Assembly (NCBI GenBank): GCA_964533855.1
Contig: CAZHNM010000005.1
Span: 74,898 to 138,897 of the forward strand
DNA length: 64,000 nt
Origin: an uncultured Brevinematales bacterium
GTDB lineage: Bacteria > Spirochaetota > Brevinematia > Brevinematales > JAOACQ01
Direction of reading: 5' to 3'
In this document: in pieces, positions 1 through 9,188 of the stretch
Numbering within the stretch: the stretch's first letter is position 1
Layout of the letters: every line of letters starts with the position of its first letter
Position numbers and translations under genes: made by a program
The notes under the pieces: generated by a model
Databases searched by the model: none
What the model was told of the DNA's origin: nothing
The model's input: the letters and a program-made list of their open reading frames with translations, nothing else

Positions 1-507
1 TCCATTTCCCTTGTAAAGCATTATTATATCGATGACATCCCTTCTTTTAACTTTCAGATCCTTTATGATATCCTGGATTTCAGGCATTTTTCCCGCCATA
101 GAAAAGTGTTCTCTTATATAATTCTTTATCCTTTTATTGATCTCATCTTTCCTGTAAGAAATGCTCACCGACAGCGAAGGTTTTATAAATCCCCTCAGGA
201 TCGACTGCTTTATCCAGAAAGCCGCATAAGTAGAAAATTTGACTCCCAGCGCAGGATTGAATTTGTCAGCGGCTTTCATAAGCCCTATGTTTCCATTCTG
301 GATAATATCCATCACAGAGGACTTGCCTTTGCAGTATTCCGAGGCTATTTTGACGACAAGCTTCAGATTCGCGTTTATTAACTTATCATGTGCCGCCCTG
401 TCGCCGGATTTGATTTTTACGGCAAGTTCTTTTTCCTCTTCATGAGTTATACGGGAATATTTTGATATGCTGCTGATGTACTGCCGGAGTAATGTTAAAT
501 CTTTCAT
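1..507 (-). CDS. RNA polymerase sigma factor, sigma-70 family (N-terminal part only; the gene continues past the window start)
   Basis: This ORF is absent from the ORF track because it is open at the window edge. Manual reverse translation from the ATG at 507-505 stays open to position 1. It reads MKDLTLLRQYISSISKYSRITHEEEKELAVKIKSGDRAAHDKLINANLKLVVKIASEYCKGKSSVMDIIQNGNIGLMKAADKFNPALGVKFSTYAAFWIKQSILRG..., which matches sigma-70 regions 2.1-2.4 and the start of region 3. Confidence 0.8.
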   Translation of the reverse strand, partial: MKDLTLLRQYISSISKYSRITHEEEKELAVKIKSGDRAAHDKLINANLKLVVKIASEYCKGKSSVMDIIQNGNIGLMKAADKFNPALGVKFSTYAAFWIKQSILRGFIKPSLSVSISYRKDEINKRIKNYIREHFSMAGKMPEIQDIIKDLKVKRRDVIDIIMLYKGNG

Positions 508-719
508 ATTATCCCCCTGAATCTAAAAGAATATTGCAAGTCTTGTGCCATTCTTCAGGGAAAACGGAAATTTATTTTTACGTCCGGACTGATGCCGAGT
601 CAGCGTCAGGCAAAGGATTTCAGATATGTCAACGAGGGGTGTATACATTATAATACAATGCCGGATTTGAAGGCCGCGGGCTGGTATATCAAATATGATA
701 TATTAAAATTAATCTCATT

Positions 720-1235
720 CTATTTTTCAATGCTGTCAAGCCATTCATTATCCGGTTTTTCTAGATCCACATCGATCTGATATACAATATCATCCTTTTT
801 ATATTTTTTCGACAGATCGAGGACAAGTTTTTTTATTTTATAAATCTCGACGTTTGTAAGAAACTTTCCCATTTTCTGCCCCGCAGTAAAAGCCTGCAGA
901 AGTTCAAGGACTCTGACATTGGCGCAGGATTCTAAGATATCGCAATTCTGGGCAATCTGTTTATAATTATTGTTCTTTAACATAATGATGAAAACCTTAT
1001 TGATATTACCCGATACGAAAGGTGAAATTTCCTTAAATTCATTATGCATAAAATTCAGGAGATACAGAAAATTTTCTATGTCGTCTTTTTTTTTGTACTC
1101 TCCTAAAATGCTGTCAATGAGTTTGATAAACCCTTTATTATCCATGATGAAGTATTTTTTTAATTCTTTTAAATCTTCAGGCCCTAATTCTATAGTTCCC
1201 GAAAGAATGGATTGAAGCCTGGAAGATAATTCCAT
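720..1235 (-). CDS. hypothetical protein (171 aa), no recognisable motif
   Basis: The ORF has a GAGG RBS upstream. It sits 9 nt after the stop of the PP2C phosphatase gene and upstream of the sigma factor gene on the same strand. Confidence 0.5.
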   Translation of the reverse strand: MELSSRLQSILSGTIELGPEDLKELKKYFIMDNKGFIKLIDSILGEYKKKDDIENFLYLLNFMHNEFKEISPFVSGNINKVFIIMLKNNNYKQIAQNCDILESCANVRVLELLQAFTAGQKMGKFLTNVEIYKIKKLVLDLSKKYKKDDIVYQIDVDLEKPDNEWLDSIEK

Positions 1236-1244
1236 TTCCTTACC

Positions 1245-3332
1245 TCAAAATAATTCGGATAAAACCATTGTAATATCGTCTATCCTTATTGGTCTTTCTT
1301 TTCCTGTTTCCAGCCTCTCTTCCTTTCTGGCTTTTATAGTTTTTTCAATCTCCTGACACATTTTCTTTATATCCAGATCCCTGTTGCTCATAATGAAATT
1401 TTTCAAATTTTCAGCTTCATATGAAAATACATCAAGAATTCCATCGCTGTAAACAAAAATTTTATCACCCGGTAAAATATCCCTTTCTTCCTGCGTATAA
1501 ACAAAGTCAGCAATAATTCCAGCCGGAGGAGAATTCTTGACACCGAATGTTTCAATTCCTTCGTTACCCCTTAATAACATGGCATGAGGATGTCCTGCCG
1601 AACTGTAAAGGACTCTATTTTCCTGTAAATCAAGCATAAGAATGAAAATTGTTACAAACCGGCTTCCCTCCATATTCAGGTTGATTATTTTCTTATTAAG
1701 CATTCCTATAAAGTCGGAGAGCTTTAAATTTTCATTATCTTCAAGGTTCATTTTAAAATCGGTGTATATATCCTTTACAAGCACCGTCAGCATGGATGCT
1801 CCTACTCCATGTCCGGAAACATCAGCTAATAGAGTTATATAATATTTTTTCTTGCCGAGCTCGACTTCATCAACATAATAGAAATCACCCCCGACCTCAT
1901 CCGATGGCATGAATATAGCCTGGAATTTTATTTTCTTATTCTTCGGCAGATGCAGGGGAATAAGATTCTGGTGCATTAATTTTGCCGCCTGAAGGTCCTC
2001 GATCAGATTTCTATTCATGACCTCCAGCTTTTCCCTCGTTTTCATGATATATGTGTTGTCAATAAAAAATATCACAACACCTTCTAAAACCTTATTGCTT
2101 TTTATAGGGAAAAACCTTACATTAAACCATAAATCACCAAATTTCAGGTTGAGAAACGCCAGCTCCGCTTCGCTCGATTTCAATTCATCTATTTTATTTT
2201 TAAATCTTTCCCCGTATTCCCTTGAAAATATCTGGGTTATTTCCATCCCGAGATATGTTATTCCTGAATCGACTATATCCTTAACCTTTTCATTTAAAAA
2301 AGTAATCCTGTTTTCATCATTAAGCAGAAGCATGCCGTCCCGGGCATTTTCAACAATGCTTTTATTTATTATCGCCTGCCGCCTGATGCTTTTTTTCCAT
2401 ATTTCTTCCTTAGTTATATCCTTTACAAGAATATAATATCCTGTAAATGTATTCTCCAGGAAAATCCTTTTAATAAGAACTTCCGAAACAATAGGTGTTT
2501 CATTATTGTCCTTCATCAAAATTTCACTTTTGACTTCTTCTGTTTTTTCAGATATTTCAACGGCTTTATTGAAAGCAGGCTGTGATTCCTTTTCAATCAG
2601 ATCTGAAAATTTTTTATGCATCGCTTCCGACATCGAAAATCCGAACATGATTTCAGCGCCCTTGTTCCAGGTAGCAATATGCAGCTCGACATCGACAGTT
2701 ATAAAGGCATAGTCTTTAACGCTCAGAAGCATCTGGCTACCTATGTCCTGTTCCCTGTTTTTAACTACATTGATCAGGTCATAAATCACTTCATTTAATT
2801 TTTTTGTAATAATATAGAGAGAAACGACCGCCCTCATATATGAAAATAAATTGAAATAACATAAAATAAAAAATGCAGATAATTTATTATCCTTGATAAT
2901 GGGAACGAGGATTGACTGAGGCGGTTTAATAAAAATAAGATTGTCAATCCGGGTTTTAAGGAACCTGAGCGATTTTCTATCAGATTTATCGAAAAGAAAT
3001 AATACTGCTTCCTTTGAAATATCCATCTTTAATTTGAAATTAGGTTTAATATATGAAAAAGAAGTCGATCTCAGATGAATCTTTCCATCGGTTATTGTGA
3101 AAAAGAACGTCATATCAGATAAAAAAACCCTTTTCATTTCATCACTGAGCGTATTAAAAAAATTTTTGGAGAAATCGATCGCGGTTTTTTCTATCCTTAG
3201 AAAATTCCTGAATAACCTCTCGATTAATAATTCAAACTTGTATGAGTTTTTAATATAATCGATAAAAGCTGCTATGACTGCCAGAAGGAAAAAAAACATT
3301 AGATAATGAAGAAAATCCATAGCCCCTCTCAA
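1245..3332 (-). CDS. membrane-anchored PAS-domain PP2C/SpoIIE-family serine phosphatase (RsbU-like)
   Basis: The C-terminus carries SpoIIE/PP2C motifs (GGDFYYV, LADVSGHGVGASMLT, SAGHPHAML, VYSDGILD). Two PAS-like segments lie in the middle (ITVDVELHIATWNKGAEIMFGF and GMLLLNDENRITFLNEKVKD). There are two hydrophobic N-terminal segments. An alternative ATG start lies at 3320. Confidence 0.85.
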   Translation of the reverse strand: MRGAMDFLHYLMFFFLLAVIAAFIDYIKNSYKFELLIERLFRNFLRIEKTAIDFSKNFFNTLSDEMKRVFLSDMTFFFTITDGKIHLRSTSFSYIKPNFKLKMDISKEAVLFLFDKSDRKSLRFLKTRIDNLIFIKPPQSILVPIIKDNKLSAFFILCYFNLFSYMRAVVSLYIITKKLNEVIYDLINVVKNREQDIGSQMLLSVKDYAFITVDVELHIATWNKGAEIMFGFSMSEAMHKKFSDLIEKESQPAFNKAVEISEKTEEVKSEILMKDNNETPIVSEVLIKRIFLENTFTGYYILVKDITKEEIWKKSIRRQAIINKSIVENARDGMLLLNDENRITFLNEKVKDIVDSGITYLGMEITQIFSREYGERFKNKIDELKSSEAELAFLNLKFGDLWFNVRFFPIKSNKVLEGVVIFFIDNTYIMKTREKLEVMNRNLIEDLQAAKLMHQNLIPLHLPKNKKIKFQAIFMPSDEVGGDFYYVDEVELGKKKYYITLLADVSGHGVGASMLTVLVKDIYTDFKMNLEDNENLKLSDFIGMLNKKIINLNMEGSRFVTIFILMLDLQENRVLYSSAGHPHAMLLRGNEGIETFGVKNSPPAGIIADFVYTQEERDILPGDKIFVYSDGILDVFSYEAENLKNFIMSNRDLDIKKMCQEIEKTIKARKEERLETGKERPIRIDDITMVLSELF

Positions 3333-4375
3333 ATAAATAAAAACGATTTTGGAATAAAATATCTGTAAAACAGATTTATTGCTTCATTATCAGTCATCAA
3401 AGCTAAAAAATCAACAAGCGATCTTTTTTCATCCTCGTCTGAATTATAATTAGCCCTGTTTAATTTTTCATGGACTATTCTCATGTTGTTAATCAAAAAC
3501 CGGTAGAGTTCATGAAGTATATTTTTCGCTTTGTCCATTTCAACAGTAATTACAGGATTTTTGTATACGTTATCAAATAAAAATTCCCTGAGATTTTCGG
3601 TTACATCCAAAACTTCTTTGCTCATCGAAATGTGTTTTTTATCCATGCTGTTTACAATTACATCGATGACAAGGGAATTTATTCTCTCTGAATGCTTGTT
3701 TCCCAGGCGTTTCCTGGTATCTTCAGGAAGATCTTCAAGCATGAGTATTCCTGATCTTACAGCATCGTCAAGATCATGATTGACATAAGCTATTGTGTCG
3801 GAAAACCTTACAACTTCGCCCTCGATGGTTAAAGGATAATCCTCTTCATTTTTAAAAATAATCGGGGTTTTTCCCGTCTTGGAATGTTTTTTTATTCCGT
3901 CAAGAACCTCGATTGTTAAATTCAGGCCCTTTCTGTTTTTTTCAAGAAAATCAAGCACCCTTACACTCTGCTCGGAATGTTTGAAATCAGGATAAGCTTC
4001 TTCCCTGATAAACTGCTCGCCGGTATGCCCGAATGGAGTATGACCGACATCATGACCGAGAGCTATTGCTTCCGTTAGATCTTCATTAAGCCTTAAAGAT
4101 CTTGAAATGGTCCTTGCGATTTGAGACACTTCAAGTGTATGGGTTAATCTTGTTCTGTAAGAATCGTTTGAAGGTGATAAGAAGACCTGTGTTTTATGCT
4201 TGAGCCTTCTGAAAGATTCACAGTGAATTATCCTGTCCCGGTCTCTCATATAAACTGTTCTGACAGGATCCGGTTCTTCTTCTATTCTGCGACCCTTTGA
4301 AGATGAACTTAAAGATGAAAATCTTGAAAAACTGTCCATCTCCTTTTTTTCTATTATATTTCTTATATTTTCCAT
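3329..4375 (-). CDS. dGTPase-like HD-domain triphosphohydrolase
   Basis: HD-domain motifs are present (RLTHTLEVSQIARTI, ALGHDVGHTPFGHTGE, YVNHDLDDA). The stop codon overlaps the TTG start of the downstream phosphatase ORF. Confidence 0.85.
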   Translation of the reverse strand: MENIRNIIEKKEMDSFSRFSSLSSSSKGRRIEEEPDPVRTVYMRDRDRIIHCESFRRLKHKTQVFLSPSNDSYRTRLTHTLEVSQIARTISRSLRLNEDLTEAIALGHDVGHTPFGHTGEQFIREEAYPDFKHSEQSVRVLDFLEKNRKGLNLTIEVLDGIKKHSKTGKTPIIFKNEEDYPLTIEGEVVRFSDTIAYVNHDLDDAVRSGILMLEDLPEDTRKRLGNKHSERINSLVIDVIVNSMDKKHISMSKEVLDVTENLREFLFDNVYKNPVITVEMDKAKNILHELYRFLINNMRIVHEKLNRANYNSDEDEKRSLVDFLALMTDNEAINLFYRYFIPKSFLFI

Positions 4376-4648
4376 CTTTTAAAATACCCTTTAGTAGTAT
4401 ATAATAGTAACTTTTATTTTTAAACTTAGCAAGCATTAACTTTTTACCCCGTATTGCGTTCCATTCATTTTAAATTGCACGGAACCTGTTCGTTTCCCTG
4501 TTAAAATTCAACACAAAACGCTCATTTCCGGATAAATTCCGGGAGCCATGCCAGCTTTCACGGTATTGCGCACAGACAGCGGACAAAATTCGCAGAGGTT
4601 TTATACAGTCTATGTGCGTTCCATCCGAAAATATAATCGGGGTTATAA

Positions 4649-5131
4649 ATGAAATTTATACTTTTTTCATTAATATTTACCGTCCTGTCATGTTCCGCCC
4701 TGGCAGCAGGTTTTACCATGGATAGCCCTTCAATAAACAGCTCCAATAATATTATTACTAATATATTGATTATAACAAACCGGTTCGGCGCTGTAATTTT
4801 CTGGTACGGTAAATTCGACAGCAGCACATGGACAGAAATATCATTATACAGGACAGGGTATAAAATAACCAATAGTGATGACTTGAAACTTATACAGCCT
4901 TACAGGCGACTGACCAATGTGAATTATTTCGAGGATCCATGCATGCTCATCGGGGTTCCATATTATTACCTGATAATTGCCGGCGATAACATGGTAATCC
5001 TGCCGGGTGAAAATGAAAATACGGGACCTGTTGTTTCAGGATCTGTTAATCCTGCAGAAAAGGTTGATATTGAAATTTTATCGAGGACTAATGAAAGCTT
5101 TGAAAACTTTATTAAAAAATTCAATTATTAA
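4649..5131 (+). CDS. hypothetical exported protein / putative lipoprotein (160 aa)
   Basis: The N-terminus has a signal peptide with a lipobox-like sequence (FTVLSCSA). No other motif was recognised. Confidence 0.5.
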   Translation: MKFILFSLIFTVLSCSALAAGFTMDSPSINSSNNIITNILIITNRFGAVIFWYGKFDSSTWTEISLYRTGYKITNSDDLKLIQPYRRLTNVNYFEDPCMLIGVPYYYLIIAGDNMVILPGENENTGPVVSGSVNPAEKVDIEILSRTNESFENFIKKFNY

Positions 5132-5170
5132 GGAACTGCTACAGAGGACCTTATTTCCAGCGAGGTCTTT

Positions 5171-6217
5171 ATGAGGGCGGAGAAAGTGCTTGTTTTCTGG
5201 ATATCGGTTTTCCTTGTGCTTTTTATTGCCGGGTTTTCATTTTTAATGCTTCGCGACAGGCTTCCTTTCGTTGAAGAAAATGATCTGGCTCAGTATAAAA
5301 AGATTGAAGCTTTGTTTGACATGAAAGAATACCAAAAATCACTGGATGAATCCGCGGCTTTCGGCGCGCTTTTTCCCGGCAGCAAGTATATGGTTAAAGT
5401 CCTTGATATAGAGGCGGAGATATTTTCCTCACAGAAGGATGTCGATAAAACAAGAATGATAATCATGAAAATATTTTCAGATAACCGGACAGATAATTCC
5501 GATTTTGTAACTGCGGCAGAACTGCTTGGTGAAATCGGAAGGGATAATGGAAAGTACGATCCTGTTGTCATGAATTATCTTGAAAATGCGTATTTAAAAT
5601 CCGAGGGCCTTCAGAAACCTATTATCGCAGGACTTTTAGGCTATCAGGCGCTTTACAGTAAAGATTATAAAACCGCGATATGCTATTTTAATATTGCATC
5701 AGGAGAGGAAGGATTAATAGGCAGGGCAAGGGTAGACATCGAGCTCGGTAATTATCCTGACGCCATACAGGAGTATTTAAATTATTTCTCTCTCTGCCGG
5801 GCGGGGGAAAGATTCGAAAGAGTCAGGGATGCGTTTATCAGGCAGTCATTATATTATGCGGGCGCTTTAAAAAAGGCTAAAGATTACAAACAGGCTGTTC
5901 AGTATTATCTCAATGTTGTAAACACTTTTCCTTCAGATGCAGCTGCCGGAGAAGGCCTTTTAAAGGTAGCCGGTATCTACTCCATTACCGGGGGATATCA
6001 GAAATCATCCGATTGTCTGGATAAAGTTTTAAACAGCAGGTTTACAAATTGCTTTGAAGAAGCCGTTTATGATAAAGCAGTATTATACTACCAATGGGGT
6101 AAAAAAAACCTTTCAATTAAATATTTTAAAGAACTGCAGGAAAAGTATCCGTCTGGAATTTTCGGCAGTAAAGCGCAGGATTGGATTATTCTCATCAAAA
6201 AAGATATCGAGTCCTGA
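5171..6217 (+). CDS. membrane-anchored TPR-like repeat protein
   Basis: An N-terminal TM helix (VLVFWISVFLVLFIAGFSFLML) is followed by helical-repeat sequence with TPR-like A/Y/L spacing (e.g. KDYKQAVQYYLNVVNTFP). Confidence 0.55.
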   Translation: MRAEKVLVFWISVFLVLFIAGFSFLMLRDRLPFVEENDLAQYKKIEALFDMKEYQKSLDESAAFGALFPGSKYMVKVLDIEAEIFSSQKDVDKTRMIIMKIFSDNRTDNSDFVTAAELLGEIGRDNGKYDPVVMNYLENAYLKSEGLQKPIIAGLLGYQALYSKDYKTAICYFNIASGEEGLIGRARVDIELGNYPDAIQEYLNYFSLCRAGERFERVRDAFIRQSLYYAGALKKAKDYKQAVQYYLNVVNTFPSDAAAGEGLLKVAGIYSITGGYQKSSDCLDKVLNSRFTNCFEEAVYDKAVLYYQWGKKNLSIKYFKELQEKYPSGIFGSKAQDWIILIKKDIES

Positions 6218-6317
6218 TTAACCTATCGCGCTACGCGCGCGTTTATTCGTTTCGTTGTGTTTTTGATTTCCATCAAATATAATCTATGCGAACTTAGCAC
6301 TTCAATGCGGAGGGGAC

Positions 6318-7088
6318 ATGGCCAGAATTATCGCTATAGCTAACCAGAAGGGTGGAGTAGGTAAAACAACAACAGCTGTTAACCTAGCTTCATTTTTAGC
6401 CATGGAGGGAAAGAGGACTCTTTTAGTTGATATTGATCCGCAGGGTAATTCCTGCAGCGGTCTGGGCGTTAACATCAGTGATAGAACTGAAGGCGGAATT
6501 TACGAAGTCTTGCTTGGAAGTAAAAAAATATCGGAAGTTATAACCGATACAAAATACCCCTCTCTTAAGATTGTGCCTGTGACCCTTGATCTTGCCGGAG
6601 CTCAGGTCGAGCTCGGCAATTCTCCAAAAAAAGAATATATCCTCAAAAGCGCTCTTGAAGAGGTAAAAAACGAATTTGATTTCATACTTATCGACACGCC
6701 TCCGTCACTCGGCCTGTTTACATTGAACGGCCTTATTGCCGCGCACAGTGTTTTAATCCCTATGCAGAGCGAATTTTATGCCATGGAAGGATTAGCGCAG
6801 CTGCTGAAGGCTATCAAGCTTGTTAAGAGCGGTCCGAACAGGGATCTTTCAGTCGAAGGCGTATTGATTACAATGTATGATTCAAGAACGAATCTGGCGA
6901 AGCAGGTGACTGAAGAGGTTAAAAATTATTTCAAAGATAAAGTATATGACACAATAATTCCCAGGAATGTGAGGCTTAGCGAAGCGCCAAGTCATGGAAT
7001 TTCGATCTACGAGTACGATTCAAAAAGCCAGGGATCTGAATCCTATATGCAATTCGGCAGAGAATTTTTAAAGAAAAGCGGGATATAA
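6318..7088 (+). CDS. parA: chromosome partitioning ATPase ParA/Soj
   Basis: It has the deviant Walker A motif IANQKGGVGKTTTAVNLA, the DIDPQGN motif and Walker B FILIDTPPSLG. A GGAGG RBS lies upstream. Confidence 0.95.
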   Translation: MARIIAIANQKGGVGKTTTAVNLASFLAMEGKRTLLVDIDPQGNSCSGLGVNISDRTEGGIYEVLLGSKKISEVITDTKYPSLKIVPVTLDLAGAQVELGNSPKKEYILKSALEEVKNEFDFILIDTPPSLGLFTLNGLIAAHSVLIPMQSEFYAMEGLAQLLKAIKLVKSGPNRDLSVEGVLITMYDSRTNLAKQVTEEVKNYFKDKVYDTIIPRNVRLSEAPSHGISIYEYDSKSQGSESYMQFGREFLKKSGI

Positions 7089-7092
7089 TAAT

Positions 7093-7950
7093 ATGAAACA
7101 TGGATTAGGCCGGGGAATGATGGCGCTGCTCGATGAACAGGATGGCACCCGAGACGAAATCAACAGGACAGACACCATCGATATCAATAAGATCATGCCG
7201 AACCGTTATCAGCCCAGGAAAACGTTTAATGAAGATGCTCTGAAGCAGCTCGCCGAATCCATCCGGGATAAAGGCGTACTCCAGCCGATCATTGTCACTG
7301 AACTCGGCGACGGCCGGTATGAACTTGTAGCCGGAGAAAGACGGTGGAGGGCCTCGAAGATGGCCGGGCTCCTGGAAATACCCGCAATTATCAAGGATTT
7401 TTCCGATGAAGATAAATTGGAAATCGCACTGATAGAAAACATTCAAAGAGAAGATCTCAACCCCCTTGAAAAAGCGGAAGCCTTCAAGGAAATAATAGAA
7501 AGACTTAACCTGAGCCAGGACGATCTTGCGAAAAAAATCGGTAAAGACAGATCTTCGGTTACAAATACTCTGAGACTGCTCAAGCTTCCGGAATTTGTCA
7601 GGGACAGGATCGCGACCGGTGAAATTTCCGAGGGTCATGCTCGGGCAATTTTAGCCCTTGAAGATATCGACAGTATTATCGAGTTGACAAGATTCGTTAT
7701 TGAAAAAGGATTGTCTGTAAGAGAAACCGAACTTGCGGTCAGGAATTACCATAAAGATTCTGTTCCTGCAAAACCCAAAAAAAGCCGTAGGCACAATACC
7801 GAAATCGACGATATCCAGGAAAGGATTATTAAGGCGATGGGGGCGAAAGTCGAGATCAAGGGAACACTCCATAAAGGCAGGATAGAGATCCATTACTTTT
7901 CTAAAGAAGACCTGGAAAATATCTATGGATATATTACGAGTAGCAAGTGA
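7093..7950 (+). CDS. parB: chromosome partitioning protein ParB/Spo0J
   Basis: ParB box motifs are present (NRYQPRK, GVLQPIIV, LVAGERRWRA), along with the HTH segment SQDDLAKKIGKDRSSVTNTLRLLKL. The gene lies directly downstream of parA. Confidence 0.95.
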   Translation: MKHGLGRGMMALLDEQDGTRDEINRTDTIDINKIMPNRYQPRKTFNEDALKQLAESIRDKGVLQPIIVTELGDGRYELVAGERRWRASKMAGLLEIPAIIKDFSDEDKLEIALIENIQREDLNPLEKAEAFKEIIERLNLSQDDLAKKIGKDRSSVTNTLRLLKLPEFVRDRIATGEISEGHARAILALEDIDSIIELTRFVIEKGLSVRETELAVRNYHKDSVPAKPKKSRRHNTEIDDIQERIIKAMGAKVEIKGTLHKGRIEIHYFSKEDLENIYGYITSSK

Positions 7951-7974
7951 CGGGTGACGGGTGACGGGTGACGA
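7947..7974 (+). repeat. tandem heptamer repeat GTGACGG x3 plus GTGACGA, spanning the parB stop codon
   Basis: Read directly from the sequence: aaGTGACGGGTGACGGGTGACGGGTGACGAg. The parB TGA stop is part of the first repeat unit. Confidence 0.8.
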
Positions 7975-8035
7975 GTCAAGAGTCGGAAGCAATCGGTAAT
8001 TGTAAATTGTTTTGACATATCTTCTAAGGGCTGCA

Positions 8036-8051
8036 TGTTTCACGTGGAACA
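8036..8051. promoter_or_regulatory. parS-like site with one mismatch (TGTTTCACGTGGAACA)
   Basis: It matches the canonical 16-bp parS palindrome TGTTTCACGTGAAACA at 15 of 16 positions. It lies 86 bp downstream of parB. Confidence 0.75.
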
Positions 8052-8119
8052 ATTCTGAACTATTAAAAAAACATCCTTTTATTACGGGATAATAATTGAC
8101 AAGACGTACCGGAACGTAA

Positions 8120-8135
8120 TGTTTCACGTGAAACA
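8120..8135. promoter_or_regulatory. parS site, perfect match (TGTTTCACGTGAAACA)
   Basis: It is an exact match to the canonical parS palindrome. The flanking AATT is shared with the other copies. Confidence 0.9.
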
Positions 8136-8153
8136 ATTGTAAGGAGTTTATTT

Positions 8154-9182
8154 ATGGATCTGAAAAACCTGAGACTTCCCGGATTGAACCCTTCACTTAT
8201 TTTCAATTTGAGAGACTGTTCCTTCGCAAGCGACCTGTTTATAGCGGCTGTGGGGCATCTCGATTTTTTCAACCGGCTGGACAATAATCCGATGGATTTA
8301 AATTCAATATGCAGGTATTTTAAAATCCAAGCCAGACCCGCTGATGTTATGCTTACATTATTCAAATCATACGGCTTTATCTTCGAGAAGGATGGCTTAT
8401 TCAGTGTTTCAAAATTGGCGCAGGAATATTTAAGCAGCGGGTCATTCTGGGATTTAAGCCCTTATATAGGTTCTCTGAAGGACAGGCCGATATGCCTGCT
8501 GATGTACGAGGTTTTCAAGACCGGCAAACCCGCGGCCTGGGCGGGTAAAAAAGAAGGTGGTGAATGGAAGAAGGAAATGGAAAAGGATGATTTTGCCGGG
8601 GCTTTTACCGCCGGGATGAACAGCAGGGGAGCCTACTTGGCAAGGGGTATAGCCAGGAAATTCAATATGAAAGGATTTAAAAAATTACTCGATATCGGTG
8701 GGGCTTCGGGAATTTATTCGATTGTGTTCGCATCTGTTTTCGGGAATCTGTCAGCATTGGTTTTTGATAAACCCCCGGTTGATAAAATTGCAGGAAACTG
8801 CATTAAAAAATTCGAGCTTGAAGGAAGGGTTAAAACTGCCGGCGGAGACTTCTTTAAAGATGAGATCCCGGAAGGATATGATCTGCATTTTTTATCCCAT
8901 GTTCTTCACGACTGGGACAAAGAGCAGGCGCAAAATTTGATCGTTAAATCCTATAAAAGCTTGGAAAAGGGAGGCTCGATCGCGATACATGACGCCCATG
9001 CCAACAGGAATAAAACCGGACCGGTGAGCGTGGCCGAGTATTCCGCACTGCTTATGTTCACGACGGAGGGGAAGTGTTATTCTATAGGGGAAATGGAAGT
9101 AATGCTGAAATTGGCGGGCTTCAGGAATATCAGGCATATCCATACGATTTTAAACAGAAGCATAATCGTCGGAAGAAAGTGA
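8154..9182 (+). CDS. class I SAM-dependent O-methyltransferase (COMT/family-2-like, with an N-terminal dimerisation/winged-helix-like region)
   Basis: The SAM-binding motif LLDIGGASGIYSI is present, with downstream DFFKDEIPEGYDLHFLSHVLHDW typical of family-2 O-methyltransferases. An AGGAG RBS lies upstream. Confidence 0.8.
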   Translation: MDLKNLRLPGLNPSLIFNLRDCSFASDLFIAAVGHLDFFNRLDNNPMDLNSICRYFKIQARPADVMLTLFKSYGFIFEKDGLFSVSKLAQEYLSSGSFWDLSPYIGSLKDRPICLLMYEVFKTGKPAAWAGKKEGGEWKKEMEKDDFAGAFTAGMNSRGAYLARGIARKFNMKGFKKLLDIGGASGIYSIVFASVFGNLSALVFDKPPVDKIAGNCIKKFELEGRVKTAGGDFFKDEIPEGYDLHFLSHVLHDWDKEQAQNLIVKSYKSLEKGGSIAIHDAHANRNKTGPVSVAEYSALLMFTTEGKCYSIGEMEVMLKLAGFRNIRHIHTILNRSIIVGRK

Positions 9183-9188
9183 TACTGG

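Noticed and set aside
4558-4872. A 104-aa minus-strand ORF. The ORF at 4218-4436 is a similar case.
   Set aside because: It overlaps the signal-peptide-bearing plus-strand gene at 4649-5131 and the promoter spacer. It has no RBS and its composition is not protein-like.
7105-7638. A 177-aa ORF lies antisense to parB. The ORFs at 7209-7442 and 7651-8136 are in a similar position.
   Set aside because: It lies entirely inside, and antisense to, a strongly conserved ParB coding sequence. It has no RBS and no recognisable motif. Long antisense frames of this kind are common by chance opposite real genes.
7947-7974. A possible G-quadruplex formed by the GTGACGG repeat.
   Set aside because: Only three GGG tracts are present, and a canonical intramolecular G4 needs four.
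6218-8153. A possible oriC next to parAB.
   Set aside because: I saw no cluster of DnaA boxes (TTATCCACA-like) and no AT-rich unwinding element. dnaA and dnaN are absent from the window. The spacers are short and are explained by the parS sites.
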